A stretch of DNA of 64,000 nucleotides from Acidimicrobiia bacterium (GTDB lineage Bacteria > Actinomycetota > Acidimicrobiia > Spongiisociales > ZC4RG35): contig JBBDHV010000039.1 in NCBI GenBank assembly GCA_040880725.1, positions 6,481 through 70,480 of the forward strand. Direction: 5' to 3'. The translations under genes were made by a program, and so were the position numbers. Positions 50,797 through 59,595 of this stretch are shown one piece after another. Every line of letters begins with the position of its first letter. Within the stretch, counting starts at the first letter, position 1. The notes beneath the pieces are model-generated. The model was given only the letters and a program-made list of their open reading frames with translations, was not told the DNA's origin and ran no database searches.

Positions 50797-50880
50797 CCGT
50801 GGGCCCCCCACCACCGTCACGGTGGTGGCGAACCCTGGGTTCAGGACCACCGTGACGGTGGTCCCAGGCCCACGGTTCGG
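50797..50880 (+). other. Nested-palindrome structured element (putative terminator or structured RNA), about 85 nt
   Basis: CCGTGGGCC-CC-[CCACCACCG-TCA-CGGTGGTGG]-CGAA-CCCTGGG-TTCA-[GGACCACCG-TGA-CGGTGGTCC]-CAGG-CCCACGG. A 9-bp outer stem encloses two near-identical GC-rich hairpins. It lies immediately 3' of the phosphotransferase gene. Confidence 0.4.
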
Positions 50881-50924
50881 CGAAATACCGCATCTGAAGG
50901 GCGCGAAAACCTAGCCTCCGGGTT

Positions 50925-51116
50925 GTGATGAATCCCATCGACTTCATCGGTACGGCCCGCAACGCAGGGACCTGGCGCCGCACAGAGGACCAGACCCGCA
51001 CCAGTGGTTTCGCGGTGATCGACGTCTTCGCCGGCGATCTCCCGTGCCCGTGGTGTGGCGGGGTCACCTCCGAGGCGGACGCCTCGTGTCGTGGCTGCGG
51101 CCGCAACTTCGGCTGA
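50925..51116 (+). CDS. Small zinc-ribbon protein (63 aa, hypothetical)
   Basis: CPWCG...CRGCG double CxxC. Occupies an otherwise empty interval on the same strand as the upstream gene. Confidence 0.35.
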   Translation: MMNPIDFIGTARNAGTWRRTEDQTRTSGFAVIDVFAGDLPCPWCGGVTSEADASCRGCGRNFG

Positions 51117-51125
51117 GTCAGTCCC

Positions 51126-52010
51126 TCACAGCGTTCGCACCAGCGACCGGTCCACATGGTGGAGCCGGAAGCCGAGCGACTCGTAGAGAGCGGCGGCCGC
51201 CGTGTTGTCGGCGTCCATGTAGAGCATTCCCACTTCGAATCCGTACCAGTCGTTGATCACTTCGAGCCCGCGGACGACGAGAACACGACCGAGCCCCCGC
51301 CCCTGACAAGCCGGGGCGACCGCGATCACGTAGATCTCTCCCATCTCGGCATGCGGTTTGGTCCAGCAGAACCCGGCCAGCTCGTCGCCGGACCACACCG
51401 TCACGAACCCTGCGGGATCGAACCACGGCTGTGAGAACCGGTCGGCCAGGATCTCCGGGGTCCACGATCCGTTCTCGGGATGGCCTCGGAACGCCGCATT
51501 GTTCACGGCGAGCCATGCGTCGTCGTCGGTTCCGGGGCGAAACGGCCGTTCAACGAGGCCGGCCGGAATCGTCGCTGCCTCTCGGACCGGAAGATCGATC
51601 CGGAGTTGTCGCAGTTCACGTTCGCCCCGGAATCCCGCCGCCCGCAATTCGTCGACCATGTTCGGTTGGAACACCCAGACCCGCACTGTGGCCGCCCCGG
51701 TGGCGGCTGCGGCTTCGACACCGGTTTTGATCAGGCGCTCGATGACGCCGTGGGAACGATGGAGCGGGTGGACGGCGATTTCGAGTGCCGCGGTGCCGTT
51801 GCGCCTCGGCGGCGTGACCGCCAGGTACGCCACCGGCGTCCCGTCGACGACGCCGACCTGGCCGGCCGCGTCCCCGTCGCCGCCCATCAGGTCGAGATAC
51901 TTGTGCTCGCCGATCGGAAAGTGTCCGTCACATTCGGCAGCCAACTCGAACATCGCGTCGAGTGACTCACGATCGGTGGCTTCAACCGGGCGCAGCTCCA
52001 TGGGGGGCAA
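51126..52010 (-). CDS. mshD: Mycothiol synthase (tandem GNAT acetyltransferase)
   Basis: Two GNAT domains. NNAAFRGHPENGSWT and GRGLGRVLV motifs align with M. tuberculosis MshD. Confidence 0.75.
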   Translation of the reverse strand: MPPMELRPVEATDRESLDAMFELAAECDGHFPIGEHKYLDLMGGDGDAAGQVGVVDGTPVAYLAVTPPRRNGTAALEIAVHPLHRSHGVIERLIKTGVEAAAATGAATVRVWVFQPNMVDELRAAGFRGERELRQLRIDLPVREAATIPAGLVERPFRPGTDDDAWLAVNNAAFRGHPENGSWTPEILADRFSQPWFDPAGFVTVWSGDELAGFCWTKPHAEMGEIYVIAVAPACQGRGLGRVLVVRGLEVINDWYGFEVGMLYMDADNTAAAALYESLGFRLHHVDRSLVRTL

Positions 52011-52049
52011 CGCTAGACACGATGGACGGGGTCCTATCCTCGCCCACGC

Positions 52050-53018
52050 ATGAGTTCAATCGGTGTTGTCCTGGGAGGGGGAGGTGTCACTGGCGCGTCC
52101 TATCAGATCGCGGCTCTGATGGCCTTGGAGCTCGCGACCGGGTGGGACCCGTCGGATGCCGACGTCATCGTCGGTACGTCGGGCGGGGCGTACGTGACGG
52201 CGCTGGTGCGCAGCGACCGCCTCGACCTCGATTCGATGGTGCTGGCCCACGAGGACCGCGAAGCCGTCGCCGAGCGCATCTCCGGACACCTCTTCACCCG
52301 TGACCGCGGGGTCAGCATCGGACGTTGGCTCCGGCACGGGCTGATCCCCGGCATTCGCAAACCCGGCTTGACGATGCTGCTGGGCGGTCCCGCCGCGTGG
52401 ACGACCGATGGCCTTGCCGACTGGGTTCGGGAGCAGTGCGGTACCGCGGCCGAGTCCTGGCCGGCCAAACCGACGATCATCACCGCATTCGACGTGGCCG
52501 CCAAGCGCCGGGTGGCGTTCGGCACCGAGAGCGCGCCAGACGTCACGCTCGCGGACGCAGTGGCCGCCTCGTCGGCGATTCCTGTCGCCTTTCAGCCTCG
52601 GCTGGTCGAGGGTCGTCTCTACGTTGACGGCGGGGTCGTGTCCGGCACCCACGCCGATCTCGTGCTGGGCAGTTCCAAGCCTCTCGACATGCTCATCGTG
52701 ATCGCCCCGATGGCCGCCGAGGAGGACAGGGAGGGGGCGTGGTTCTACGAGCGGGTTTTCGACCGGGTGGGCCGGACCGCCCTGGGCTCGGAACTCACCC
52801 GGATTCATGAGGAGTGGCCGGAGACCCACGTGGTGGTGTTGCGCCCGTCGCCTGCGGTTCTCGCAGTCATGCGCCCCAATCCCCTGGATCCCGGTGCGGC
52901 GGTCCCGACCTTCATCCGGGCATTGATGGCGATGCGGCGCAAGCTCGCAGACCCCGAGATCTGGTCGGTGCTGGAACGCCACCTGACCCCCCAGACGTCC
53001 AATGCAACCCAGGGTTAG
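52050..53018 (+). CDS. Patatin-like phospholipase family protein
   Basis: GGGVTG oxyanion motif, GTSGG nucleophile elbow, and catalytic DGG (YVDGGV). Confidence 0.8.
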   Translation: MSSIGVVLGGGGVTGASYQIAALMALELATGWDPSDADVIVGTSGGAYVTALVRSDRLDLDSMVLAHEDREAVAERISGHLFTRDRGVSIGRWLRHGLIPGIRKPGLTMLLGGPAAWTTDGLADWVREQCGTAAESWPAKPTIITAFDVAAKRRVAFGTESAPDVTLADAVAASSAIPVAFQPRLVEGRLYVDGGVVSGTHADLVLGSSKPLDMLIVIAPMAAEEDREGAWFYERVFDRVGRTALGSELTRIHEEWPETHVVVLRPSPAVLAVMRPNPLDPGAAVPTFIRALMAMRRKLADPEIWSVLERHLTPQTSNATQG

Positions 53019-53070
53019 AACGGACGCATACGTCCACTTTCGAGCGCGGAATGCGGCGAGGCACGAGCGC

Positions 53071-53559
53071 TCAGTCGTCCGACTCGTCGGTGGGCCACTT
53101 ATTGAACGTCACCAGCGGCAAGTAGAACCACGACCAGACGGCCAACAGGGCGGTGGCGGACAGCACGATCGCCGCGCCGGTTGAGCCGAGCCGCACCGAA
53201 GCCACCAGATAGGTCGATGCCACGATCGCAACCAGGAAGCTGACAGTGCCGGCGACGGTGAGTGCCACTGCCACCGTCACGTGCTCGGGGGAACGTCGCG
53301 GGATCCCCGTCATGAGCCCCCGGACTCGCTGATGGACGCTGGGGGAGATCAGCAGGATGGCGGCGACGGCGGTGGAGAGGAACGCGACCGCGTAGGTGAA
53401 GCGGTCGATGGTGGCAATCTCGGCGAAGTCGGACTGGAACGGCAGCGCAAGGAGAAAACCGAACAGCACCGTCACCCCGGGGATCGTGGTGCGCAGGCCT
53501 TCCATGAGCGCCCGGAACTGGTCATCGGCGCTGACATTTGTCGACTTCGTGTCGTTCAT
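53071..53559 (-). CDS. Hypothetical membrane protein (162 aa)
   Basis: Four hydrophobic helices. No recognised catalytic motif. Confidence 0.45.
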   Translation of the reverse strand: MNDTKSTNVSADDQFRALMEGLRTTIPGVTVLFGFLLALPFQSDFAEIATIDRFTYAVAFLSTAVAAILLISPSVHQRVRGLMTGIPRRSPEHVTVAVALTVAGTVSFLVAIVASTYLVASVRLGSTGAAIVLSATALLAVWSWFYLPLVTFNKWPTDESDD

Positions 53560-53641
53560 CGGCGGAGGCTACCCAGACAGGGCGCCAATACGACCCCGGC
53601 TCCTCCAGCCGGGCTGCCGGTCCCCGGCACAATGAACCCTG

Positions 53642-55177
53642 TCAGTCGGTGTAACCGGCCACGAGGGAACGCTTCAGTTCGTTGAGTTCGGTGGTCAGCG
53701 ACACGTGATAGCGGTGCGGGTTGACGAGCCTGCGCACACCCGGGTCGAGTCGTTCGAGATCGGCGAGACGTCGTTTCCGCGCCGCTTCCACTCCCCCCGC
53801 CTCGAACGTACGTGTTCCTTTGTCGTAGACCGTCGTCAGCAGCGGCTCGATTTCCGAGATCGTTTCCGGTGCCAGGGTGCGGGTGACACCAGGAATCGAA
53901 GGATGGTGAATCTGGATGGTCCCGGTGGCGTCGAGCTCTTCGTCTGCGAGGGCGAGCACGTCGGCGGTGGCGAAGCCCCGATCGTCGTACAGCCGCCACA
54001 CACGCTTGGCGGCGGGGTTCTGCACCTTGGCGGGCGTGTCGGAGATCTTGATGGCCGGAACCCACTCGCCGTCGGTGCCGCCGACCGCCACGGTCTTGTA
54101 GACACCTCCCAGCGACGAGTCGCCTTCGGAGGTGACGAGCTTGGACCCCACTCCGTGCACCAGCCGGGAGATGAGATGATCGGCATCGACCCCGTAGGTC
54201 GGCGCTTCCACCGCGATCTGGTTCTTGACCTGCCAGATCGTGAGTTCATCGAGCGAGCTGGAGAGCACGATCCTCGTGTTCTCGAAACCGGCGGCGTCGA
54301 GCATCTCGGCGGCGCGTACGGACAGGTGGGCGAGGTCGCCGGAGTCGAGCCGGATACCGATCGGCTCGTGGCCTGCGGCCCGCAGTTCCTCGAAGACGGT
54401 GATGGCGTTGGGGATTCCGGATTCGAGGGTGTCGATGGTGTCGACGAGGAGCAGTGTGTCGTCCGGATAGACCTCCGCATAGGCCCGGAACGATTCCAGC
54501 TCTCCCCCACCGACGGCCATGAACACCTGCACCATCGAGTGGGCATGGGTGCCGGACGAGTCGACGCCGAGCTGGTGGGACATGCCGACGTTCGAAGACG
54601 AGACGGCTCCGCCGATCAGCGACGAACGGGTGGCGGTGTTCCCCCCGAAACCGGGTGCGCGGCGCAGCCCGAACTCGATGACGGAGCCTCCGGCGGCTGC
54701 CTCCACCACCCGAGATGCCTTGGTGGCGATGAGCGTCGCGTAGTTCATGTGGTTGAGCAGCGGCGTTTCGAGGATCTGGGCGATGGCCAGCGGCGCTTCG
54801 ACGACGGCGACGGGCGCGTTTGCATGCACCACGCGGCCTTCGGGCACCGCCCGCATCGTGACGTCGCCGAATCCGCCGGTCTCCGATAGCCAGTCGAGGA
54901 AGTCGTCTGCGAAGACCCGCGCACCACGCGGCGAGCGGATCGAAGCGAGCACCTCTCGTTCGGCCCCACCGAAACGGACCGTCCCCATCCAGTCGAGGAG
55001 CGGTTCCAACCCCGCGGTGATGCAGTAGCCGGCCTGGTGGAGCCCGTAGTCCGGATAGGAGCGGAAGAAATGCTCGAACTGGGCGGGGCGGGTGTGGAGG
55101 TCGGACCGGAAGTACAGCTGCGCCATCGTCAACTGGTAGTGGTCCGTGAACAAAAAGCCGGTCGCGATGTCGGTCAC
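53642..55177 (-). CDS. pncB: Nicotinate phosphoribosyltransferase
   Basis: N-terminal DHYQLTMAQ motif and the NAPRTase family fold. 511 aa. Confidence 0.9.
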   Translation of the reverse strand: MTDIATGFLFTDHYQLTMAQLYFRSDLHTRPAQFEHFFRSYPDYGLHQAGYCITAGLEPLLDWMGTVRFGGAEREVLASIRSPRGARVFADDFLDWLSETGGFGDVTMRAVPEGRVVHANAPVAVVEAPLAIAQILETPLLNHMNYATLIATKASRVVEAAAGGSVIEFGLRRAPGFGGNTATRSSLIGGAVSSSNVGMSHQLGVDSSGTHAHSMVQVFMAVGGGELESFRAYAEVYPDDTLLLVDTIDTLESGIPNAITVFEELRAAGHEPIGIRLDSGDLAHLSVRAAEMLDAAGFENTRIVLSSSLDELTIWQVKNQIAVEAPTYGVDADHLISRLVHGVGSKLVTSEGDSSLGGVYKTVAVGGTDGEWVPAIKISDTPAKVQNPAAKRVWRLYDDRGFATADVLALADEELDATGTIQIHHPSIPGVTRTLAPETISEIEPLLTTVYDKGTRTFEAGGVEAARKRRLADLERLDPGVRRLVNPHRYHVSLTTELNELKRSLVAGYTD

Positions 55178-55236
55178 TCGGTGAAAACTAGTGCGCGGTT
55201 TCGGCTCCGCCGCCGTCTTCTCATAGTGTCAGCGCG

Positions 55237-55821
55237 ATGAGTGAGTACACATCCTCGACCGCCCTGGTGGTGGTCGACGTCCAGAACGACTTCGCCGACC
55301 CGAAGGGGAACCTGTTCGTCTCCGGCGGCGACGAGGTCGTGGCAGTCTGCAACGCCGAGATCGTCCGCGCCTTGGCCGCCGGCTCGTTCGTCGTCTACAC
55401 CCAGGATTGGCACCCGGAGTCCACACCGCATTTCCAAAAGGACGGTGGGGTGTGGCCCGTGCACTGTGTCGCAGACACCTGGGGTGCGGAGTTCCATCCC
55501 CGCCTGGTCCTCGCAGGACCGACCGTGCGGAAGGGTTCCAACGGTGAGGACGGCTACTCCGGGTTCACGATGCGCGATCCCGAGTCCGGGGAGACCACCC
55601 CGACCGCCCTCGAGTCGCTTCTGCGGGAACGTGACATCACCGACGTCGTGGTGGTCGGATTGGCTTTCGATGTCTGTGTGAAGGCCACCGCCCTCGACGC
55701 CAACCGTCTCGGTTTCCCGACGACCGTGATCCAGGCTGCCAGCGCCGCGGTGGAACTCGAAGCAGGCGACACCGAACGCTCCGAGGTCGAACTCACCGCG
55801 TCGGGTGTCACGCTGAACTGA
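55237..55821 (+). CDS. pncA: Nicotinamidase / pyrazinamidase (isochorismatase family)
   Basis: VVVDVQNDF, catalytic Cys (AFDVCV) and the metal-binding His/Asp pattern. Divergent from pncB (NAD salvage pair). Confidence 0.85.
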   Translation: MSEYTSSTALVVVDVQNDFADPKGNLFVSGGDEVVAVCNAEIVRALAAGSFVVYTQDWHPESTPHFQKDGGVWPVHCVADTWGAEFHPRLVLAGPTVRKGSNGEDGYSGFTMRDPESGETTPTALESLLRERDITDVVVVGLAFDVCVKATALDANRLGFPTTVIQAASAAVELEAGDTERSEVELTASGVTLN

Positions 55822-55962
55822 TCAGCTAGCCGCTCCTCTGAGGCGCGCGGGAGAGGCAGCGTTGTGAGGGGTCGATTGCCTCTCTGGACCATGACCACTG
55901 GTGCACGCCAGCCTAAATTTGCCTGATCATGGCGGAGAGAACGGCAGCGAGCTTCCGCCGAC

Positions 55963-55986
55963 GGAATACGCCACCTGTCGTATTCC
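55963..55986 (+). promoter_or_regulatory. Inverted repeat GGAATACG-N8-CGTATTCC (candidate operator) about 40 bp upstream of the TAT-protein gene
   Basis: Perfect 8-bp inverted repeat in a locally AT-richer stretch of the cassette's 5' region. Confidence 0.25.
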
Positions 55987-56026
55987 CGTGCGTTCGAGCC
56001 CCCGATAGATTCATGAAGACCTGAGA

Positions 56027-56956
56027 ATGGGAGTGGGCGTGTCTGGGAATCATGCTTCGAACCGTGGGCCTGTCGCTGGAATCTCCCGCCGGGACCTCCT
56101 GAAGCGGAGCGCCGCTTTGGGCGGGACCGCGCTCTGGGTCACACCTGCAGTGCAGGCAATCGGGATGAGCCGAGCCCTGGCGCAAGAAACGTCGCCCCTG
56201 CCCCCGACGGGCGCAGGCGTCGTCAGCGGTCAGGTCGTTGACGCGACCACGGGTCTTTCCATTGCCGGCGCCACAGTCGCCGTCATTGGTACCGGAATCT
56301 CTACTGTCAGTGACTCGGGCGGCAATTACACGCTCACCAACGTGCCGGCAGGAACGCAAACGCTCGAAGGTTCAGCGTCGGGCTATTTCACCGCTACGAC
56401 GTCGGTTGCAGTCATCGACGGTGCCACCGTCAACAAGGTCATCGCGCTTTCCCCGATAACGACTTCCGACATCACTGCGGTACTCAGCTGGGGTGCCGTC
56501 CCCGCTGATCTCGATCTCCACGCTTCCGGTCCCGACGGGTCGGGAGGCCGCTTCCACGCCGCCTATTTCGACAAGACGCCAGTTGGCCATGTGGAACTCG
56601 ATGTGGATGACACGTCTTCGTTCGGCCCTGAGACGATGTCATTCAAGATCCATCCCGTCGATGGCACCTTTGTGGCCGGTACCTATCGCGTCTGGGTTCA
56701 TGACTACACCAATCGCACGAGCGGTTCGATTCCCCAGTGGGACGACTCCGCCGCAAGCGTGTTGCTCAATGGACTGTCCGGTCAGATTGCCGAGTACCTC
56801 GTCGATGCAGCGGTGGCGGCGAAGGGTGGGGTCATCGTGGATGAGGACAAGTTGTGGCGGGTCGTGCAATTCGACCTCGATACAGCCGGGACCGTGTCGA
56901 ACATCGTGGTGTTCCAGAACTTTGTCAACGGAACGGAATCGACCACCGACGTATAG
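56027..56956 (+). CDS. TAT-secreted protein with a carboxypeptidase-regulatory-like (CarbopepD_reg) beta-sandwich domain; the C-terminal domain is unknown
   Basis: Twin-arginine leader SRRDLLKRSAALGGTALWVTPAVQAIGMSRALAQE. The GQVVDATTGLSIAGATVAV...SDSGGNYTLTNVPAGTQTLEGSASGYF pattern is typical of CarbopepD_reg. Confidence 0.6.
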   Translation: MGVGVSGNHASNRGPVAGISRRDLLKRSAALGGTALWVTPAVQAIGMSRALAQETSPLPPTGAGVVSGQVVDATTGLSIAGATVAVIGTGISTVSDSGGNYTLTNVPAGTQTLEGSASGYFTATTSVAVIDGATVNKVIALSPITTSDITAVLSWGAVPADLDLHASGPDGSGGRFHAAYFDKTPVGHVELDVDDTSSFGPETMSFKIHPVDGTFVAGTYRVWVHDYTNRTSGSIPQWDDSAASVLLNGLSGQIAEYLVDAAVAAKGGVIVDEDKLWRVVQFDLDTAGTVSNIVVFQNFVNGTESTTDV

Positions 56957-57108
56957 GTTGGGCGCCTCATCTTCGACGTCGCAGGTCGGCCTCCTGCCCT
57001 GGTGATCCCATCCCTTTTCGCTCCCCCGGCCCCCCCTGGGGCCGGAATGGGGAAGTAGCTGGGGACCCGCAGGGGACCCCGCCCACCGAAGCAGATCTGG
57101 GCGCGAAC

Positions 57109-57245
57109 CACCGCCCCTCGACGCCAACCGACTCGGTTTCCCGACCACCGTGATCCAGGCGGCCAGTGCCGCGGTGGAACTCGAAGCAGGCGACACCGAA
57201 CGCTCCGAGGTCGAACTCATCGCGTCGGGCGTCAATCTGCGCTGA
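57109..57245 (+). pseudogene. Displaced 3'-terminal fragment of pncA. It forms a 137-bp imperfect direct repeat of 55685-55821.
   Basis: About 92% nucleotide identity to the pncA 3' end. It stays in frame, encoding LDANRLGFPTTVIQAASAAVELEAGDTERSEVELIASGVNLR*. Five of eight codon differences are synonymous. It has no 5' part or start codon. Confidence 0.6.
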
Positions 57246-58788
57246 CCGTCTCCGGCGGGTCCGGTCGACGTCGGAGGTAGGCGTGTCCGCCGGCTGCGAG
57301 CCCGCCCAGGGCCGGCAGCCAGAACGAGATCAACCGGAACGTCAACACGGGTCCGGCTGCAGCGGCTGCCGGGATTCCGAAGAGGGTGAGAGCGCCCAGG
57401 AGACCGACTTCGGTCACACCGAGGCCTCCCGGTGCACCGGGGAGACCCCCCACGATCTGGGAGATCCCGAAGGAGCCCACCACCTGGGCGGGAGCCATCG
57501 AGATGCCGAATGCGACCAGGGTCAACCCGAGCGTGGCGGCTTCGAGCAGCGTGCGTGCCGTGAGCAGCCCCCACGATTTGCGGTCGAGTTCCCGGTCGAC
57601 GAGGGCTTCGCTCATCCGGGTTCGGAAACGTCGCGGCAGCATCCACACGAGTCGTCGCAGATGCCCGGCGAAGCCGACGAGTCCCGCCGCCACGGCCACA
57701 CACCCCACTCCGACCAGGGCCATCGTCTTCGAGGCGTTCCCCGGCTGGTGGAGTACCGACGCCCAGATCAGGCCGATCCCGGTGATCCCGAGCAGTCCTC
57801 CATACGACAGCACCGTCGCCCGCACCGCGGCTCCCACGGTGTTCTCGGTGCGGTCTTTGACGGACCAGGCCATGGCCAGTGGGGTGACCAACCCCCCGGC
57901 CGGGATGAGCCGTGCGATGCCTGTCCCGACCAGAGCAGCCCGGAATGCCGTCCCTGAGGAGATGTGGACTCCGGACGCACGTGCTCCTTGGCGGTAGAGC
58001 TCCCCGAAGGCGTATTCGGCTCCGAACTCGGTGGCTGCGGCGGCGAGGAGCAGAGCCACGGTGGCCGTCGACACTCGGAGATCGGTGGCTCGGGAACCGG
58101 CCAGCCAGACGTAGGTGGGGAATCCGACGAGGATCAGCGCCGGAACCCACCACATGCGGCTCCCCTCCACGGCGAGCGGACGCGAGGGGAGGCTGACCGT
58201 GCGGGAATCGTCGTCGAACAGCACCCGCCTGAGCAGGCCGTGACGGACGAGCCCTGCATTTCCCTGGGCTCTGCGGACGGCCATCATCGACCCGAGACCC
58301 GCCGCGAACAGGACCACCGGGACCGTGGGGTGTTGCCACACGGCGAAAAGGGGTAGCAGCGCCCAGCCGAAGAATCCGGCGATGCCGCCTCCGACAGCCC
58401 AGCCCGCCACCGACCACAGCCCAGGCCACACCGCCAGAGACGGCATGAACCCGACGACCGCGCCGGCCGACGTCGCCAGTCCACGTCCACCTCGGCGGCG
58501 TCCCAGAACCGGCCAGTCGTTTCCCGCAACTGCCGCCAATCCGACGGCGGCCACCGCGGCGTTCGAGAAGCCGACGTTGCGGGCGGCCAGCACCGGAACG
58601 AGGCCTTTCAGCCCGTCGAGCACTGCGAGCATGATCCCGGCGCCGAGGCCGATCGACCGAGTGGCGTTGCCGGCTCCGGCGTTTCCGCTCCCCACGCCGG
58701 TGAGGTCGGTTCGCCAGAGGATGCGCACGGCGTTGGAGGCCGGAATCGACCCGATCAGCCATGCACAGAAAACTGCCAGAACCACCAT
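57232..58788 (-). CDS. plsY: Fusion protein: glycerol-3-phosphate acyltransferase PlsY (N-terminal about 200 aa) plus a UPF0104 / lysyl-phosphatidylglycerol-synthase-like flippase TM domain (C-terminal about 300 aa)
   Basis: The N-terminus AWLIGSIPASNAV...GSGNAGAGNATR...DGLKG matches the PlsY signature. The C-terminal polytopic region ends in GGLGVTEVGLLGALTLFGIP...FRLISFWLPALGG, typical of the UPF0104/MprF flippase-type domain. Confidence 0.7.
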   Translation of the reverse strand: MVVLAVFCAWLIGSIPASNAVRILWRTDLTGVGSGNAGAGNATRSIGLGAGIMLAVLDGLKGLVPVLAARNVGFSNAAVAAVGLAAVAGNDWPVLGRRRGGRGLATSAGAVVGFMPSLAVWPGLWSVAGWAVGGGIAGFFGWALLPLFAVWQHPTVPVVLFAAGLGSMMAVRRAQGNAGLVRHGLLRRVLFDDDSRTVSLPSRPLAVEGSRMWWVPALILVGFPTYVWLAGSRATDLRVSTATVALLLAAAATEFGAEYAFGELYRQGARASGVHISSGTAFRAALVGTGIARLIPAGGLVTPLAMAWSVKDRTENTVGAAVRATVLSYGGLLGITGIGLIWASVLHQPGNASKTMALVGVGCVAVAAGLVGFAGHLRRLVWMLPRRFRTRMSEALVDRELDRKSWGLLTARTLLEAATLGLTLVAFGISMAPAQVVGSFGISQIVGGLPGAPGGLGVTEVGLLGALTLFGIPAAAAAGPVLTFRLISFWLPALGGLAAGGHAYLRRRPDPPETVSAD

Positions 58789-58927
58789 CGCGTCACCTTC
58801 TGAACCGCCCCACCCGGTGTCCGACAGCGTAGGCCATCACACCCTCGGGGGAAGCCATTCCGTTCCCGGGTTGGCCACCGCGTCGGCGTCACGACGGACC
58901 CGCCTGCGAGTGCAGTCTGGGCGCGAA

Positions 58928-58980
58928 ACAACCCACCCCGGGTCTCGAAGTCGAGATCCCGGGGTGGGTGGTGGTTTTCA
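58928..58980. terminator. Rho-independent terminator-like hairpin, probably bidirectional, between the plsY-fusion promoter region and the RRM gene's 3' end
   Basis: ACCCACCCCGGGTCTCGAAGTCGAGATCCCGGGGTGGGTGG (15-bp stem), followed by TGGTTTTC on the plus strand and preceded by GCGAAACAA (a U-tract on the minus strand). Confidence 0.55.
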
Positions 58981-59150
58981 GGCCGACCGGCGGGAACCCT
59001 TTCTGCCTTGCGGGACTTCAGGAAGTCCGTATGCAGGACAGGGGCAATGCGGCACCGAGCAACTCGCAGGCTGTCGGTGCTCTTTGCGAGGGTGGCCGCA
59101 CGAGGTGCAGCGCTGACGACCGCCGTCTACTGGGCGGACGTTGGCGTGTG

Positions 59151-59405
59151 TCAGCTGCGGCGCTCTTTGGCGACGTTCACGGTGAGCTGACGCCCATCCA
59201 CGTTGTGTCCGTTGAGCGAGTCGATGGCTGCCTTCGCCTCTGCAGGCGTTGACATTTCGACAAAACCGAAGCCGCGCGAGCGGCCGGACTCGCGGTCGGT
59301 GATGACCTGGGCGCTCTTGACGGCGCCGTGGTTGCCGAACAGCGTCTCGAGATCCGAGGACGTTGTGTCGAACGTGAGATTTCCCACGTAGAGATTGGTG
59401 GACAT
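59151..59405 (-). CDS. RNA-binding protein (single RRM domain)
   Basis: RNP-2 LYVGNL and RNP-1 RGFGFVEM motifs. 84 aa. Confidence 0.85.
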   Translation of the reverse strand: MSTNLYVGNLTFDTTSSDLETLFGNHGAVKSAQVITDRESGRSRGFGFVEMSTPAEAKAAIDSLNGHNVDGRQLTVNVAKERRS

Positions 59406-59595
59406 GTGTAGCTCCTTCTGAAGCTTCGAACCGTCGGGGCAGGCGCCCCGCTTGACCTACTCATTCAGAAGTCGGGCCAAAGCGTCGACGAGAACAGCGT
59501 TGTCGTGCGGTTGCCCCACCTGACGGATGTGAAATGGGGCGGCGATGTGCGCTTCAGGCGCACGCTGTGAATACAACGATAGCCGATTCCGTCGC

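Noticed and set aside
56639-58762. 707-aa minus-strand Arg-rich ORF
   Set aside because: It is an alternative frame of the plsY-fusion gene and the TAT-protein gene. It is extremely Arg-rich and has no motifs. The other frame contains clear PlsY and UPF0104 signatures.
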